Below are positions 25,930 to 39,180 of a stretch of DNA of 64,000 bases, piece by piece; within the stretch, counting starts at the first letter, position 1, and every line of letters begins with the position of its first letter. The stretch comes from Octopus sinensis. Lineage: Eukaryota. Below the pieces are notes generated by a model, which was given only the letters and a program-made list of their open reading frames with translations, was not told where the DNA came from and searched no databases. The stretch is from contig NC_043019.1 in NCBI RefSeq assembly GCF_006345805.1, positions 9,237,360 to 9,301,359 on the forward strand. The letters run 5' to 3'. The position numbers and the translations under genes are program-made.

Positions 25930-26190
25930 CGATGATAGTGCAGATTTCAAGGGTTTTGCGGTTGTTGAGCATTTTCAGAGTGGCACTGAATTGTCGGGAC
26001 TGAAAGGATTGAGGCTGCAAGTGTCACTGATTGCGGCTTTGTCTGCAGTAACGGTTAGGCTGGGGTCGTGATGGAGGAGGGGTCTGAAGTGCTCCTTCCA
26101 GCATTCGAAGAAGGCGTTTTCTGTCGTGATGATGATGATGATGATGTTTTCATTGATGTTCTTCGCTTGAACCGTCGCATTTTCACTTTG
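25930..26190 (-). mobile_element. LINE ORF2 fragment (linker upstream of RT)
   Basis: TTENAFFECWKEHFRPLLHHDP and, in another frame, ATLKMLNNRKTLEICTIIEE; resembles RWKEHF..LLN and AIK.LKN.KAPG.D.I..E. Confidence 0.55.
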
Positions 26191-26858
26191 CTATAACGAT
26201 TGGGCGTGCGTGGGTGCGTGCGTTGGTGCGTGCGTGAGTGCGTGCGTGCGTGCGTGCGTGGGTGTGTGCGTGTGTGGGTGCGTGGGTGCGTGCGTGGGTG
26301 TGCTTCCACATAAAACTCATTTTGCCAAAGATGGCTGTAGCCACGATTTGCTTGATGGAAACGAAATCGGTTATGATGAAGGTTATGAGAGAGATAAACA
26401 TGACGATGACGACACGCATGATGATGATGATGATGATGATGATGTTGCTGTTGGTGGCAGCGGTGATTGCGACGACGCGGCAGCCTCAGTGGCGACGGTG
26501 GTGGTCGTGGTGTTGGTGAAGGTGGTAATCGCTGTTGTCACAGCAGAACAAGTGCGACCGACTGACTGCCTGCTGATGATGATGCTGGTGATGCTGCCGT
26601 TGTCATTTGTTACGTTTTTATTTCTATTTCTAACGTTGCTGTCGTTGTTGTTGGCGTCGTGTTGTGAAGTGTTGTGAGTGGCGGTGATGGACTCTGTGAT
26701 GTCTTCTTGTACAAAGCATGAACAGAATTGTTCTCAAAGAAAGTGAAGTGACAAACAGACAGACAACGCAGTCAAAACAGGATTCTCTTCCATCCATTCG
26801 ACGATGTTTACTTCACAAGAACGACAATATGTCCGCCTCACCATCCTCCCTCCCTCCC

Positions 26859-26916
<58 letters not shown>

Positions 26917-27091
26917 TTATCGATCTATCGCTCCTTCTTTCTCTCTCAATGTCTCCCTCATTGTCTCTCTTATCTCGTTCTCCACACATATATATATATA
27001 TATGTACGTTTCTGTGCACACACACAGACTGACGTGTTTCTATGTATTCATTATAGATAGATAGATATAGATGGATAGGTAGATAGATAGG

Positions 27092-27161
<70 letters not shown>

Positions 27162-27364
27162 CAATTGGTGCGGATATTGTTATTGTTATTTCCTGTTGTC
27201 ATAACAACAAACAGCCACGAGAAGAGGACGACGCTTGTGATGAGGAGTGTATCCGGTGATGTTGCGATACTTTTCCTATTTTGCAACCAAAAGGATATAT
27301 CTTGTTGATTTCAAGACTAATGGAAGAAGTCTTCATGAAGACATTAGAACCACAAGGAATACTG

Positions 27365-28200
27365 TTCTTCGTTCGTCCGTCATTGACATCAAATGTGGGA
27401 AGAAGACGGGTCGCGGTGGGTCCGACTTTGGTCAATCTGTCCGATGTGTGCTCGGAAGGCTCTGCCATAGGTCGGGCACTGGTGGTCTGTTGGGGCTGAA
27501 GCCAAGCAGTTGGCTCTGGACTTACATAGGTCCCGTTTGCTTTGAACCCCAGCCACCCTGTTATGTTCGTTGGGGGTTGGCACGTATGTTGGTGCAGCTT
27601 TGCCATGCAGGGCGTCCTTGTGCTTTCGTCTCCCAAGTGTTAGAATTGATGGCAAAGCTCTTCAGTGAGGTTTGTGTGTGTCCCTGAAGCGCTTTCTCTG
27701 TTGCACCTTGCATGCGCTTCCTCTGTTGCCAGTTCACTGTAAAACAGTGCATCGAGCATTCGAACAACGTGGCCTGCTCACCAAACTTTTGCACCCACCT
27801 CAGCAGTGTGTAGAAGCTTTGCAAGTGAGCTCGAAAGAGAACCTTCTCATACCAGGTGATTTTCAACAGTTTTTCGCTGGCAGTTCACGAGGAAACGGTT
27901 TCGCTTTTTGAAGAGGCGTCCAAGTCTCGCAGCCAATTGCCCCTCAAATTAGATTCAGTCGACTTTAAAACTATTGGTACGCTTTGGCCATTGCTCACAC
28001 GCCGTTTGGAAAACGAAAAGTGAGTGTTTCTGACTCTATTGCCTTTGATCTGACAAAGCTGGGCAGGTGTAACATTGATCTTCTGACGCAATGCCTGGGG
28101 CCGCGAGCGAGGAGAATTGTTAAAGCGTCGAACAAGATGATGAGAGGCATTTCTGGAGTCTCTTACATTCTGAGTTCAAATTTCGTTGAGGTCGGTTTTT
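27365..28200 (-). mobile_element. RTE-clade (BovB-like) LINE 3' fragment
   Basis: KLLKITWYEKV...TSLKSFAINSNTWETKAQGRPAWQSC...HQCPTYGRAFRAHIGQIDQSRTH and terminal FDVNDGRT, across frameshifts. Confidence 0.85.
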
Positions 28201-28699
28201 TTTCTTTCATCCTTTCTACGTTGTCAAATAAATTACCAGGTGAGCACTGGTATTAATATAATTGATTAAATCCCCCCCACACACACCTGAAATCGCTCAA
28301 AATGAAATGGAACAGAGCAATATTTTGTACATTAAATCGATCCCAGTACTTGAGTGGTACTTTACTTTATCGCCCCAGGAATTATAAAAGGTAAGGTTGA
28401 CATCAGTCAGATTTAATCTCGGACCATACGTTCAACAAATAAATATTGTGAAGTACCTTTTCAAACACTCCACCGATTCTGCTAACCCAGAGCACAACAG
28501 TTTTTTTGTTGTTTTTTTTTCCAGACACTTCTCAGAAGGCAACAAGAAATTTGAAGAGAAAGTGTGAAGAATAATTGTCCGCTATTAATCGTGTGGGACC
28601 CGCCACGATGAACTGCAAAGTTAACCTGAGAGGAGTTTGAAGAGAGACCTCAGACAACCGGAACAAAATTTAACACAACGGGATTACAGCTCTATTGAT

Positions 28700-29300
28700 T
28701 AGGGTCGCCAGATCTGCTAGAAATAACAGTCTAATCTTGTTCACTTCCAACGTTATAGCTCTTAAAAGTGCGATTACATACGATAATGTAGTTCTAGGTA
28801 GACCAGACCTCTGCAGAAAAGTTGGTAATGTCACGGTTGGAATGTATTTCGTTTAAGTTCAACACGTCAACTCTGACCTGCTACGAGGTACAAGTTAATT
28901 TGGTTCGATTCTTTCGACAAAAACGCTTCAAGGCGATGCCCCAGCATGGCCGCAGTCTAATGACTGAAACATGTAAAAGATAAAAGATAAGATATGCTGT
29001 GAAAGTGTTTTGAATTCGATCTCCTTGGTCAGTGCTGACCTGGGGTTAAATAAAAACCGTAACAACAACAGCAACAACAACCATAACAAAAATATCAAAC
29101 GAACAGCAGCAACGCGAACACCACTTAAACCATCAAAGGGGCCAAAAGGGAAACGACCTTTACATGGCAGTACAATATGCTAGATATAGCAACTAAATCT
29201 CCCACAAAGGATATCTAAAAAAAATGGTGCTCATATAGCTGGTATGACTAATAATACTGGTCGGTCTGAGTTGACCTAGGGCTAAACATCAGCAACACAA
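28700..29300 (+). repeat. Fragments of a dispersed repeat with (AAC)n-type tail; further copies at ~16890-16960, 61595-61880, 61940-62120
   Basis: Recurring agaaatagcagc.aaatct...ggatggtcacggctg...gggctgacctggggttaaacaac segments. Confidence 0.6.
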
Positions 29301-29329
29301 CCGCGACAACAGATACCACGCGCATACAT

Positions 29330-29680
29330 GACCGTGTGTGGTTAAAGAAGCTCGCTTTGTTAACCACGTGGTTTCGGGTTCAGCGCCACAGCGCGGCACT
29401 TTGCGCAAGTAGCTCCAATGATAAGCACAGGACACGTCAATAACTTGAGTAACAGACAGAAACTGTAGAGAAGCCCGTCGTATATAAGCTTGTGCGTGTT
29501 TCATTAAGTTTGCTTCTGTCCTACCCCTACCGCCTGATAACCGGTATTGGTTTGATTTCGTCCCCGTAACATACCAGTTCGAGAAAAAAGTAAGTACTGA
29601 GGTCGATTTCTACGACTAAACTCTTCGCGCTGGTGCTCCACCATGGGCGCAGTAGACTGACAGAGCCACATAAAAGAAAA
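29330..29680 (+). mobile_element. SINE family A, degenerate
   Basis: gtgtgtggttaaagaagctcgc...ggtttcgggttcag...gaaactgtagagaagcccgtcg...ggtgctccaccatgggcgcag. Confidence 0.75.
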
Positions 29681-29719
29681 AAAGCCAAAGACCGGAGCAA
29701 CATCCATTTCCGTTGGTTC

Positions 29720-29925
29720 CAGGTTTTGGCACAAGGCCAGCAATTTTGGGGAAAGAATTAAGTCGAGTGCATCGACCCCAGTACTCAACTGGTACTTATT
29801 TTATCGATTCCGAAAGGATGTTAGGCAAAGTCGATCTCGGCCGAATTTGAACTCAAAACTTAAAGCCGGACGAAATGCCGATAGGCATTCTGTCCGGCAT
29901 ACAAACGATTCTGTCACTTCACCGC
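29720..29925 (-). mobile_element. SINE family B (alternative 3' tail)
   Basis: ttggcacaaggccagcaattttgggg...atcgaccccagtactcaactggtacttattttatcg...ggcaaagtcgatctcggccgaatttgaactc. Confidence 0.8.
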
Positions 29926-30514
29926 TTTTATTCATGTTGTAATTTTGGTTTCTGAAATAGGAACAATTTCGTATTTGGGCAAAAACTATTGATAAACAGA
30001 ATTTGGATTAAAAGCGGGGGGAAAAGAACAAAATCAACAAATGACAACTTCTTTTGTCTCTGGCCCTTTTGTGGCTTTTGCAAAGGAAAAGGGTCCCCAG
30101 AAAACGTGAGATTAACATATTTACATAAATACATTACGTTTACATATGCGTTTACACACACACACACACACACACGTATTCATATTCAATTATGTATATA
30201 CACACATATGTGTATGTTTATGCAACCATGTAGATTGATATACATACACAAACATGCATACACACACACGCACACACATACGTATGTATGTATGAGTGTG
30301 TGTTGATGTAAGCTTATATGTTCTGTGATGCATTGTATGTGGATAATGTGTAAGTGTATGCAGGCACATACATATAACCATACATAGATAGATAGATACA
30401 TATATACCAACATATACATACACATACATAGACACAGAGGATAAAAGCAGAGATTCGCTAAGCATATATGTACATACAGACAAATAGATTAACATTACAA
30501 ATCTCTTCCTCATG

Positions 30515-30569
<55 letters not shown>

Positions 30570-31842
30570 TGTGTGTGTGCGTGTGTGGGCTGGCGTAATG
30601 AAGCATTAAACAGCGTGATTTTCTTTTGGCAAATGGAAACCCACGACAGAAGTCTATAGACTTTATGCAAGTTATTAGCCGTCGCTGCGGTCTATAATCA
30701 AATCCACCGGACAAATGTAAACACGGCTTTTCTTTTTACTCTCTCTTCTCTTCTTTTTACGTGTTTCCTTCGTGGACACTACATACGCGTGTGTGTGTGT
30801 GTGTGTGTGTGTCTGTGTGCATGTGTATGGTCGTGCGCGTGCGTCAGTATATGTGTGTCTATAGGTGTCCTTCAGTTGCAGTAGCTTGTCCAGAGATTGT
30901 GTAAAGTGTTAAAATATTCCGTCCTGTATCATTGACTTTGCTGTCTGCGCAGACGAAAGACATTGATTAAGACTTTAGAAAGTTTATTATTATTACCAAA
31001 GAAAAATGGCTGAAGGGGAAAAAGCAAGCAAGTGAGCGTGCGTGTGTTTGTGTTCAAAGGGAGATGTATGTATGGCAGAGGGGTTAAAATATTCGTTTCA
31101 CAGGCATGAGCTCCACGGATCGAGGCCACCTATGCGTAGCAATGTCAGGAGATGTCCGGTTGAATTAAGAGACAGAAACTGTGCGGAAGAGCATGGAGTA
31201 GGATTTTGCTTGGGAATTCGATGTTGCATGATTTTTCGCATATTGTATCATGCTGATACGATTTTGGAATTGCGTTCCGGATATGTGTATCTGTCGACAT
31301 TAAAGTAGTAAGATCTAAACAATTGTGAAGAATTCTGCAGTTTTGCAATCCAAGACTGAAATAAAGGATTGTATTCGACAGCACAGGTTTGAAACTGCTG
31401 ATTTATAATTTAATATTTCGGCTATAAAAAGGCCATTATCAAGAAAAAAATATTAATTTAGTTTTTCTCCGCCTAAGTATGTGGAATAGGTGGAGGCCAT
31501 GCATAGATTGTTAGCAATAACTTTACCAATAAACGAAAAGCAAATTCGTTGTCGATATTGGTGACGAATTTTCAGAATTGACTTCATTCTGAAATTTCCG
31601 ATATACTTTCTTCGTAGTTATGATATGATTATGGTGTCAGAAATATGATGTCCCACACAATGTTTCCTTATTGACGTAGAATTCTTACGAACATTATTCT
31701 TGCTTCCATATCTAGGCGGCACACTTTGTCACCGACAAAAGATATGCAGCCACACAAAAATTTATATGCCACAAATTGTAAAGTCATAAATGTACAGGTG
31801 AGCTGTTCATTCCAGTCATTCTTTAGATTATATATCTATCTA

Positions 31843-31879
<37 letters not shown>

Positions 31880-32454
31880 GGGGGGTGCGGAGGTATAATT
31901 GTGTATTTATATGTTTACATTTCATTAGAGAAACCTTTCCCATAGATACCTTCAGTTAGAAACATATCAGAATTCTCCAATAAGTCATTTATACCAACAT
32001 AAAAAGAACTCAATTTATTATTTCTTAAAGAAATCTTTTAGCATTCATTCTAACTGTAATCTCTAACAAATTCAATCAGTATTATCAATAAATATTCTTC
32101 TATGAACGTTAAAATAGGAGAAAGCTGTATTATATACAAACAATCAATGACCAACTTTCTTATCAAACCAGAAAAACTGTCTCCACCATCCCCAAACTTC
32201 AAACTACAAGCATATACCTTCCTCCAGTCCTTTATTTTCCTTTACTACACAACCAGTTATCCTGTTTGACAACACCACATTTATCATTTATATTGATGCA
32301 CCAACCAAAGGAGAACCCTGCCAAGGACATCATATACAGAGCTTGAAAAGCCGAACCTCAAACATCATTACAAAAAACACTTTTCCTTAGTCCTCATTCT
32401 ACTAGAGAGTATTGATTGGATCTTAAATGTTTGTAAACATAGGTTTATGTAAAT

Positions 32455-32665
32455 GGAGCTCCGTTGGTTGCGAGGTAGAGGATTCTCGTTGATCCGATGA
32501 ACAGCCTGCTCGTTAAATTAACGTACAAATGGCTGGGAACTCCACAGACACGCGGACCCTTTATGTAGTTATCGGGGAGACACAGAATGAGACGAAGGTT
32601 GGCATTTTGAATTCCAGGTAATTCTCAGTTTTGCCATCCGAATGGACTGGAGCAACTTTAATTAA
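32455..32665 (-). mobile_element. SINE family D fragment
   Basis: Reverse complement of the 7121 and 35185 bodies (gctcgttaaattaacgtacaaatggctg...ctccacagacacg). Confidence 0.75.
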
Positions 32666-32675
32666 AGTACCTTGC

Positions 32676-32880
32676 TCAAGTTTTACAGATCATTACAGTT
32701 CCAGTGATGCATTGGATCTGTAGTTTTCGAGTCAGCTTTCTCCTTTCTGGTTTTGAGAAGATTAATTTCTCAAGCTTGGTATTTAGGCAGTGAGTTACAT
32801 ATCCCCGGGCCCCAGTAATTACAGGTACAAACCTGAACTGGTAATCTGGATAAATTAAATGTAGATTTCTCAACAATTTA
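32676..32880 (-). mobile_element. RLE-type LINE C-terminal fragment
   Basis: ORF track: LRNLHLIYPDYQFRFVPVITGARGYVTHCLNTKLEKLIFSKPERRKLTRKLQIQCITGTVMICKT. Confidence 0.7.
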
Positions 32881-33410
32881 GCGTATTTTCTTTGTATCTA
32901 TGTATGTATGTATGTATGTATGTATGCATCTATGTATGCATGTATGTATGTATGTATGCATCTATGTATGTATGTATGCATGTATGTATGCATCTATGTA
33001 TGTACGTATATATACATCTATGCATGTATGGATGGATGTGTGCACACGAAAATCAGTCTCTGAATCTATTTTCTTTGACGTATGTTTTGCCTTTTTCCTT
33101 AAAAGCAAAGAGGCGTCTTTTTATGTCTGTCAAAATAGAATTATGTTGACACACATAACAGCAACAACAACGACAATAATACACCACTCGTTATCAATCA
33201 TCGCATCGTCTCTTTCACAAGTTATTCACACAAACAACAATGCTGCCTACTTTTCTAAAATTAATGCGCCGCCGTATTCTTCGTCAATTCTTTTATTCTC
33301 TAAATCAAAGCCAACCTCATCATTTCCCTTAATTTCATATTTCACATATGCAGAATCAAACGTTTAAGTACGTATACATAAATATATATGTTAGCAAACA
33401 TACACACACA

Positions 33411-33453
<43 letters not shown>

Positions 33454-34034
33454 GTTATATATTTTAAAGAATGTATATATATAAATGTTAACACACACAC
33501 ACATATAAGTGTGTTTGTGTATTTCTGTGTGTGTGTGTGTACGTATGTATAAGTATATACATGTATGTTTGTGCGTATGTATGTATGTATGAATGTACGT
33601 ATGTTGGTAGGTACATATATATGCATGCTTATATGCATAAAGTATATAGTTTGGTATATGCGTGTTCGTGTGGTCGTATGTGTGTGTTTATGTCTGCACG
33701 TGGGCGGTTCATTACTTTATGTCAACAAGACGATCTGCGAAAAGATAGATTGGTTACGAGAGAGAGACGGGGGGGGGGCTAGGTTGATAGATAGATAAAG
33801 ATAGATAGATAGATAGGTAGGTAAAGATAGATGGACAGACAGATAGATAGATGTACATATATATATATATATATATATAGATAGATAGATAGATGAGAAA
33901 ACAATCAGACGGATCGATCGACAATTTGAATACAAATATACATGTATCGATGTGCGGCGCGTGTGTGTTTGGCTGTATGAGAGGGTGTGCCTGATTGTGT
34001 GTGTGTCTGTACAAACGTGTTTCTTGCTCTCTCT

Positions 34035-34071
<37 letters not shown>

Positions 34072-34519
34072 ATCTAATTGACGATAACACTAATTTTATG
34101 TTCTTGAAATGCTATATTCTGAAAAGTCTCTGTTATCATCAATCTCACATATCAGTAATACGTGTGATAACCTCCCTACCTCCCTCCCCTCGCTATACAC
34201 ACACACACACATACATATATTCCCTACAGTACGTCTGAACCATCTCCGAGATGTGTTTCATGGTTTCTATATCAATGACTGTTCAGATTAATTAGTCCGT
34301 TAATCTCTTGTACACTTCAAGCTGTGACTCTGCCGACCAGTTTGAGCAGCGACCTAATTAACGAATAACTGTAGTTAACTAGCTGTCTGTCTACCTTGTT
34401 AATTACCTGCCCATTCTCATATTGATTGATAGATAGATACATAGATAGATTTATATGTATGTATGTGTGTAGAGACTTAAAAATATACATCTTTCTGTAC
34501 ATATGTATAGATAGATAGA

Positions 34520-34750
34520 TATGTTTCTTTATTAGCCACACACGGCTGCACCCAGACGGGACAGATTACAAAGTAGAGCTTTTCTTTATGGGGAAAAAAG
34601 AAAAAAAACAAAAGTATGGTAGCTTTTCGATCAAAAGGGATCGTAAAAGGGAAAGAAAAAAAGAAAGAAAGGAAAAAATGATAGATAGATAGATAGATAG
34701 ATAGATAAGATCATACTGTGGACATGGCTGCGGCTGCTTGGCGTTCAATT
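34520..34750 (-). mobile_element. Probable LINE 3' end whose tail resembles the SINE B tail
   Basis: tttctttattagccacacacggctgcacccagacgggaca vs tttctttactacccacaaggggctaaacacagaggggaca at 22140. Confidence 0.45.
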
Positions 34751-35184
34751 ATAAATAATAAAAAAATACACATTATGTACAGGACAAAATAGCAAAAGAA
34801 GATAACTCCTCGTCAGTTGTCGACTGTTTTATTACTCGCCATTAGAGTCTAGAACTAGCTACTTTGCTTTTATATATCTTATAGATAAGTATACGTATAC
34901 ACACATGCGCACACACACGTATACACACGCATACACACACTCACATATACTTAGATATATAGATACATATGCATGTAGGTGGATATATATAGATGGATAG
35001 GCATACATATTTATACACGTACACACACACATATATATACATATATATATATATACATACATGTTTATATCCACATATATGCATATTTACATACACGTGT
35101 GGGTATGTGTAAAAATTTATGTATATGCATACACTCATATCTACATGTGTGTGTGTGTGTGTGAGCGCGCGCGTGTGGTGTGCG

Positions 35185-35445
35185 AAGGCGTGTGTCTCAT
35201 TGGTTAGGATACTCTGCAAAGATCGCGAGTTCGATTCCCTGTAGCGTGACCTGTTCTTGAGCAAGACTCTTCATTTTCACATTGCTCCACTCCACTCATC
35301 CTGTGCCACGCTTGATCTCCATGAGAACTCTGTTGAATGTACGCCTGTCTGCGGAGTACTCAGCCACTTGCACGTTAATTTCTCGAGCAAAGTGTATTGC
35401 CAGTGAGATCAACTGGAACACCCATCGTCGTAACCGCGGGATATG
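35185..35445 (+). mobile_element. SINE family D
   Basis: ggcgtgtgtctcattggttagg...gagttcgattccc...gcggagtactcagccacttgcacgttaattt. Confidence 0.8.
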
Positions 35446-35457
35446 CCAGATATATAT

Positions 35458-35490
<33 letters not shown>

Positions 35491-35538
35491 TATAATTCCC
35501 TGTCACTAAAAGTGACCAGGGATGCAAAGGACACCAGA

Positions 35539-35583
35539 AACCTCTGATGAGAATTCAATAAGTTTCGAAAACTGATTATGGTT
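35539..35583 (+). ncRNA. Decayed hammerhead-like motif
   Basis: aacct-CTGATGA-gaattcaataagtttc-GAAA-actgatt-atggtt. Core present; stems imperfect. Confidence 0.3.
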
Positions 35584-36292
35584 GTTCATGATCTTTTCAA
35601 TCTACGCAGAAACAACTAAATTAAACTTGTTTATAAAGGCGCTATATAGGTTATATATATATATATATATATATACGTACGTATGTTTGTATTTATATTT
35701 TTGAATGAATATGTATTTATACATGTGTGTGTCATTGTATGTATAGATGTTTGTATATATAGACACTGACTGATAAAATCGATGGATTGAAGCAAAATAC
35801 CGAATGATGTCTATCTATCCGGTTCTTTACACGAAGTTGCCTTCTAGTCTTTCATTCTCAATCAAAATGGATAAAATAACTGATATAAATTATTGTATTG
35901 TACAAAATTGAATGAACAAAAAAATATACTGGAACTGTGCACCAGCATGGGCGCAATGAAAACGTAAGGAATAACTGAATAAACGAATGTCGTGTGTTAA
36001 ATATTTCTGAAAGTTTAAAGCCGTCATTGATATTTTCGCCTCACTCCCCACCGACCGACCGCCGTGGCTCTTTAAACTTCTGACCCTCTCTGACTTTTCT
36101 TTAACAATCCATTGTTTTATGCTGTTTGTGTTGTTTATTCCAAGCCAAAAGCTAATTTAAGAATTTCTAATTACGCTGTTCCTAATACGAGGAAACCACT
36201 TAGACGAAGACAATACAAGAGAAGACAACTTCTTCCGAACATTCTAAACGGAGCGAAATGGCAGGAGGGGATGTAATTGAGAGAACAATTTC

Positions 36293-36351
36293 ACCGGAAG
36301 CACTGAATTTTACCGGAAGTGATAAAGACTGAGAGTTCTTGAGAAGATGGC
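36293..36351 (+). promoter_or_regulatory. Tandem ETS-like sites plus YY1-like motif (candidate)
   Basis: ACCGGAAG at 36293, ACCGGAAGT at 36312, aagatggc at 36344. Confidence 0.2.
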
Positions 36352-36625
36352 AAAAACAAAACAGAAAACATATTTGTTTTCTTTTTCTAACAAAATGAAA
36401 ACACCCCTGTGTGTGCATGTGTGTGTGTGCGTGTGTGTATGTGTGTGTGCGTGCGTGTGTGTGCGTGTGTGTATGTGTGTGTGCATGTGTGTGTGTGTGT
36501 ATTTATGTTTGTGTCACTGTTTGTGTTTGTGTATATGCAGTTTCCTTTTATTTAGTTTTGAATTTTATATGTATGTATGTGTGTGTGTTTACGTTTGTGT
36601 GTATGCATGTGTGTGAGAGAGAAAG

Positions 36626-36662
<37 letters not shown>

Positions 36663-36845
36663 TTATGTGTTGTTTTAAGTCTATAGCGCCAGAATGAAAT
36701 TTTGACACAAAATGGCGTGTGTGGCATCGACTTTGGGTTTTGTGTAATTACTGCATTATATCTGCGTCTCGTTTGTTTTTTCTTAAATGCGTACTAACAC
36801 TCAAACGCACGCACACACACACACATGCACATACGTATCTAAACT

Positions 36846-36887
<42 letters not shown>

Positions 36888-37055
36888 CAACAGAAGCAGT
36901 ATTAAATCAAATTAGCCATCAGCGTATCATACCTAATGTAAAGACATAGCGAAAAGCAAATTTCTTTCGCTGTTCGTTTGGACAGACTGATTTATAGAGA
37001 TACGCATATATGCATGTGATTATATTTATATATATGTGTTTGTATTTATGTTTTT

Positions 37056-38900
37056 CATAGCTGGTTGAAGAGGCTCTGATCAGGCACCATGTCGCAGACT
37101 GTTTCAGAGGTCCCATTCTGGACAGCTTCAGTGTGACAGTCTCTGTTACTTCCAAAACGTTAGAGTGGCAGAACCACGAGAAGCACGTTACCATTGGATG
37201 TACCATTTCAGGGATGATTCTTTATATCCTTGCAATGAAAATATTGGTAAAGACAACGGGAAGTGAGGTATAGAGGCCCACTCACTATGTCTGGTTTGTG
37301 GCACCTTCCTATTGAGGCTTTTATGGCGGATCTTACAGTAACAACAACATCAGTCATGAGGGAAAGGTGGGCCCTAAAGAGGCTTGAGATATTGGGGACT
37401 TGTGCTCGCATGAGTTAATTTTTTAATGAAGAAAGGCAAAGTTCGATTCAGGTTTACATTTTTTGGCTGGTAGCATCCAGATGCTCTCCGTCACTGAGAA
37501 ATTAGGGGAGAGCCAAACGAGAGAGCCAAACGAGAGAGGTGTTTGATAGCAGCTTGAGATAGACATCATCCGTCTATAAAACCAACAAAGGATTGAAGAC
37601 CTATCTATGCACAATGGACAAGTCAGGTCTTCTTTGCAACTTTAAAGCCTGGATTTTCCAGCATGACATCCTGCCACGGATTCTTTGGATCCTCTTGGTA
37701 TATGAGAGGAAAGTCATTAAGGTCTTGAGGAAATAGCTTGGACTTACGCAGTAACTGAGCAGCACCGCCCTGCATATGGTATGATTAACAAGCTGAAACC
37801 TTCCATTTGCTGGCTGAGATAAGAATTTGTGGTGTTAGATGTCGCAATACAACCCTAAAGTCTCAAGTTATTAAGATCAGAATAGGATGGAAGTGGAGGT
37901 TGTGAATGCTTCGGAGTCGCAGCTTATATACAGAGCACTGGTGGGTGTTGTACCTCGTGGAACTGTTAGTCTGTACAGTACCACAGCACCTCGGTGGAAA
38001 GGTGCTAGGAAAGAACAGGAAGGCACTTATCGGGAAAAAATTGCCGGCTTCAATCGAACAGGAATGAACCAGCAAGTGTATGGCGATGAGATGTGAGAGA
38101 ACCAGGCAGACGCACACGAATTCTCATGACTTGGTCTTTGGAGAGCGGGACCCCACCAGATAAATTTCTGAATTCAAACAGCTTACAATGGCCTAGCGAG
38201 ACCATACAAATTGCTTTGCTGAGAAAGCCTTGTCCCTTGTTTGTGCTCGAGAAGAGGATCCTTGGAGCACATGTTCACTAACTGTCCAGATACCCCGGGG
38301 GAAGGAAGGGTTCTACCAAGATTTGAAGGTCATAGCTGACACCATCCGAAGTCGGATTAGCCATTGCAAACCCCGCCACCCATCAAACAGGTTTCTCACC
38401 TTTTTCAAGCTTGGTGTGAAGAGTATGCGATTTGCTAGGCCAACCTCCCTGGACCTACTTGCAATATCAAAAGACTGGGAGCTAAAAGTCGATCGGATGA
38501 AGCAGATGAAGAACCCGAAGCTGTCGTCGCAACACAACAATGACCGATTATGGTGCTGATCTCAGAAGCATCCGGGGAAGTTGTTTTGTTAGAATTCGCC
38601 ATTTCGTGGGAGGACCAATTCAAGGAGGCGAAGACAAGGAAACGTACTGAGCTGGTGAAGTTATGCCAAAACTATGGGTGGCAAGCGAAATGCAATCCTA
38701 TCAAGGTGCAATACAGAGGATTTACAGTTCAATCCCTCTGCAGAATTTACAACATGCTTGGAATCACAGAGACCCGTTGATGGAGGGCCATCAGGTTGGC
38801 TGTGGAAATATTGGAAGTTACCTCAAGGTGGTTGTGGATCAGGAGATTCAGTGTCTGGCAAGGAGCAGTGCTACCAGGCTTAGTGCTAACTGGGCACCAC
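37056..38900 (+). mobile_element. HERO-type (RLE-bearing) non-LTR retrotransposon, 5'-truncated and frameshifted: RT remainder, Zn-knuckle, RLE
   Basis: LVEEALIRHHV; IGCTIS..LYILAMKILVK; PIEAFMADLTVTTTSV; DKSGL..NFKAWIFQHDILPRILW.LLVY; VVNASESQLIYRALVGVVPRG; MVLISEASGEVVLLEFAISWEDQFKEAKTRK...GWQAKCNPIKVQYRGF; RWLWIRR. Clade assigned from memory of fish/lancelet HERO proteins. Confidence 0.85.
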
Positions 38901-39180
38901 CTACATGTTTCCCATCCACCCGTCATTGCTGTCAGATGATGGAGAGATGTTACGGGCTGCATTTGTAGGAAGTGGACAACTTCTTGACCAGCTGTTAGAA
39001 ATGAGAGCGAGACGACCTCTCCTACGTTTCTAGAGTTACAATTGTCGGTGCTTACAGTTGCTGTCCTTCCTTTTGTAGCATCTGCAGCTCTTCTGAAGTG
39101 AAACCCTTAAATTGCCTTTAGTGCTATTTGCATTATAAGATGGCATTCTGCTCTGAACATTTGGTCGCAAAGCCAATCTC

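Noticed and set aside
34795-34825. Partial hammerhead (CUGACGA plus ggag/cttc stem, minus strand)
   Set aside because: No GAAA or stem III follows; at most a truncated relic.
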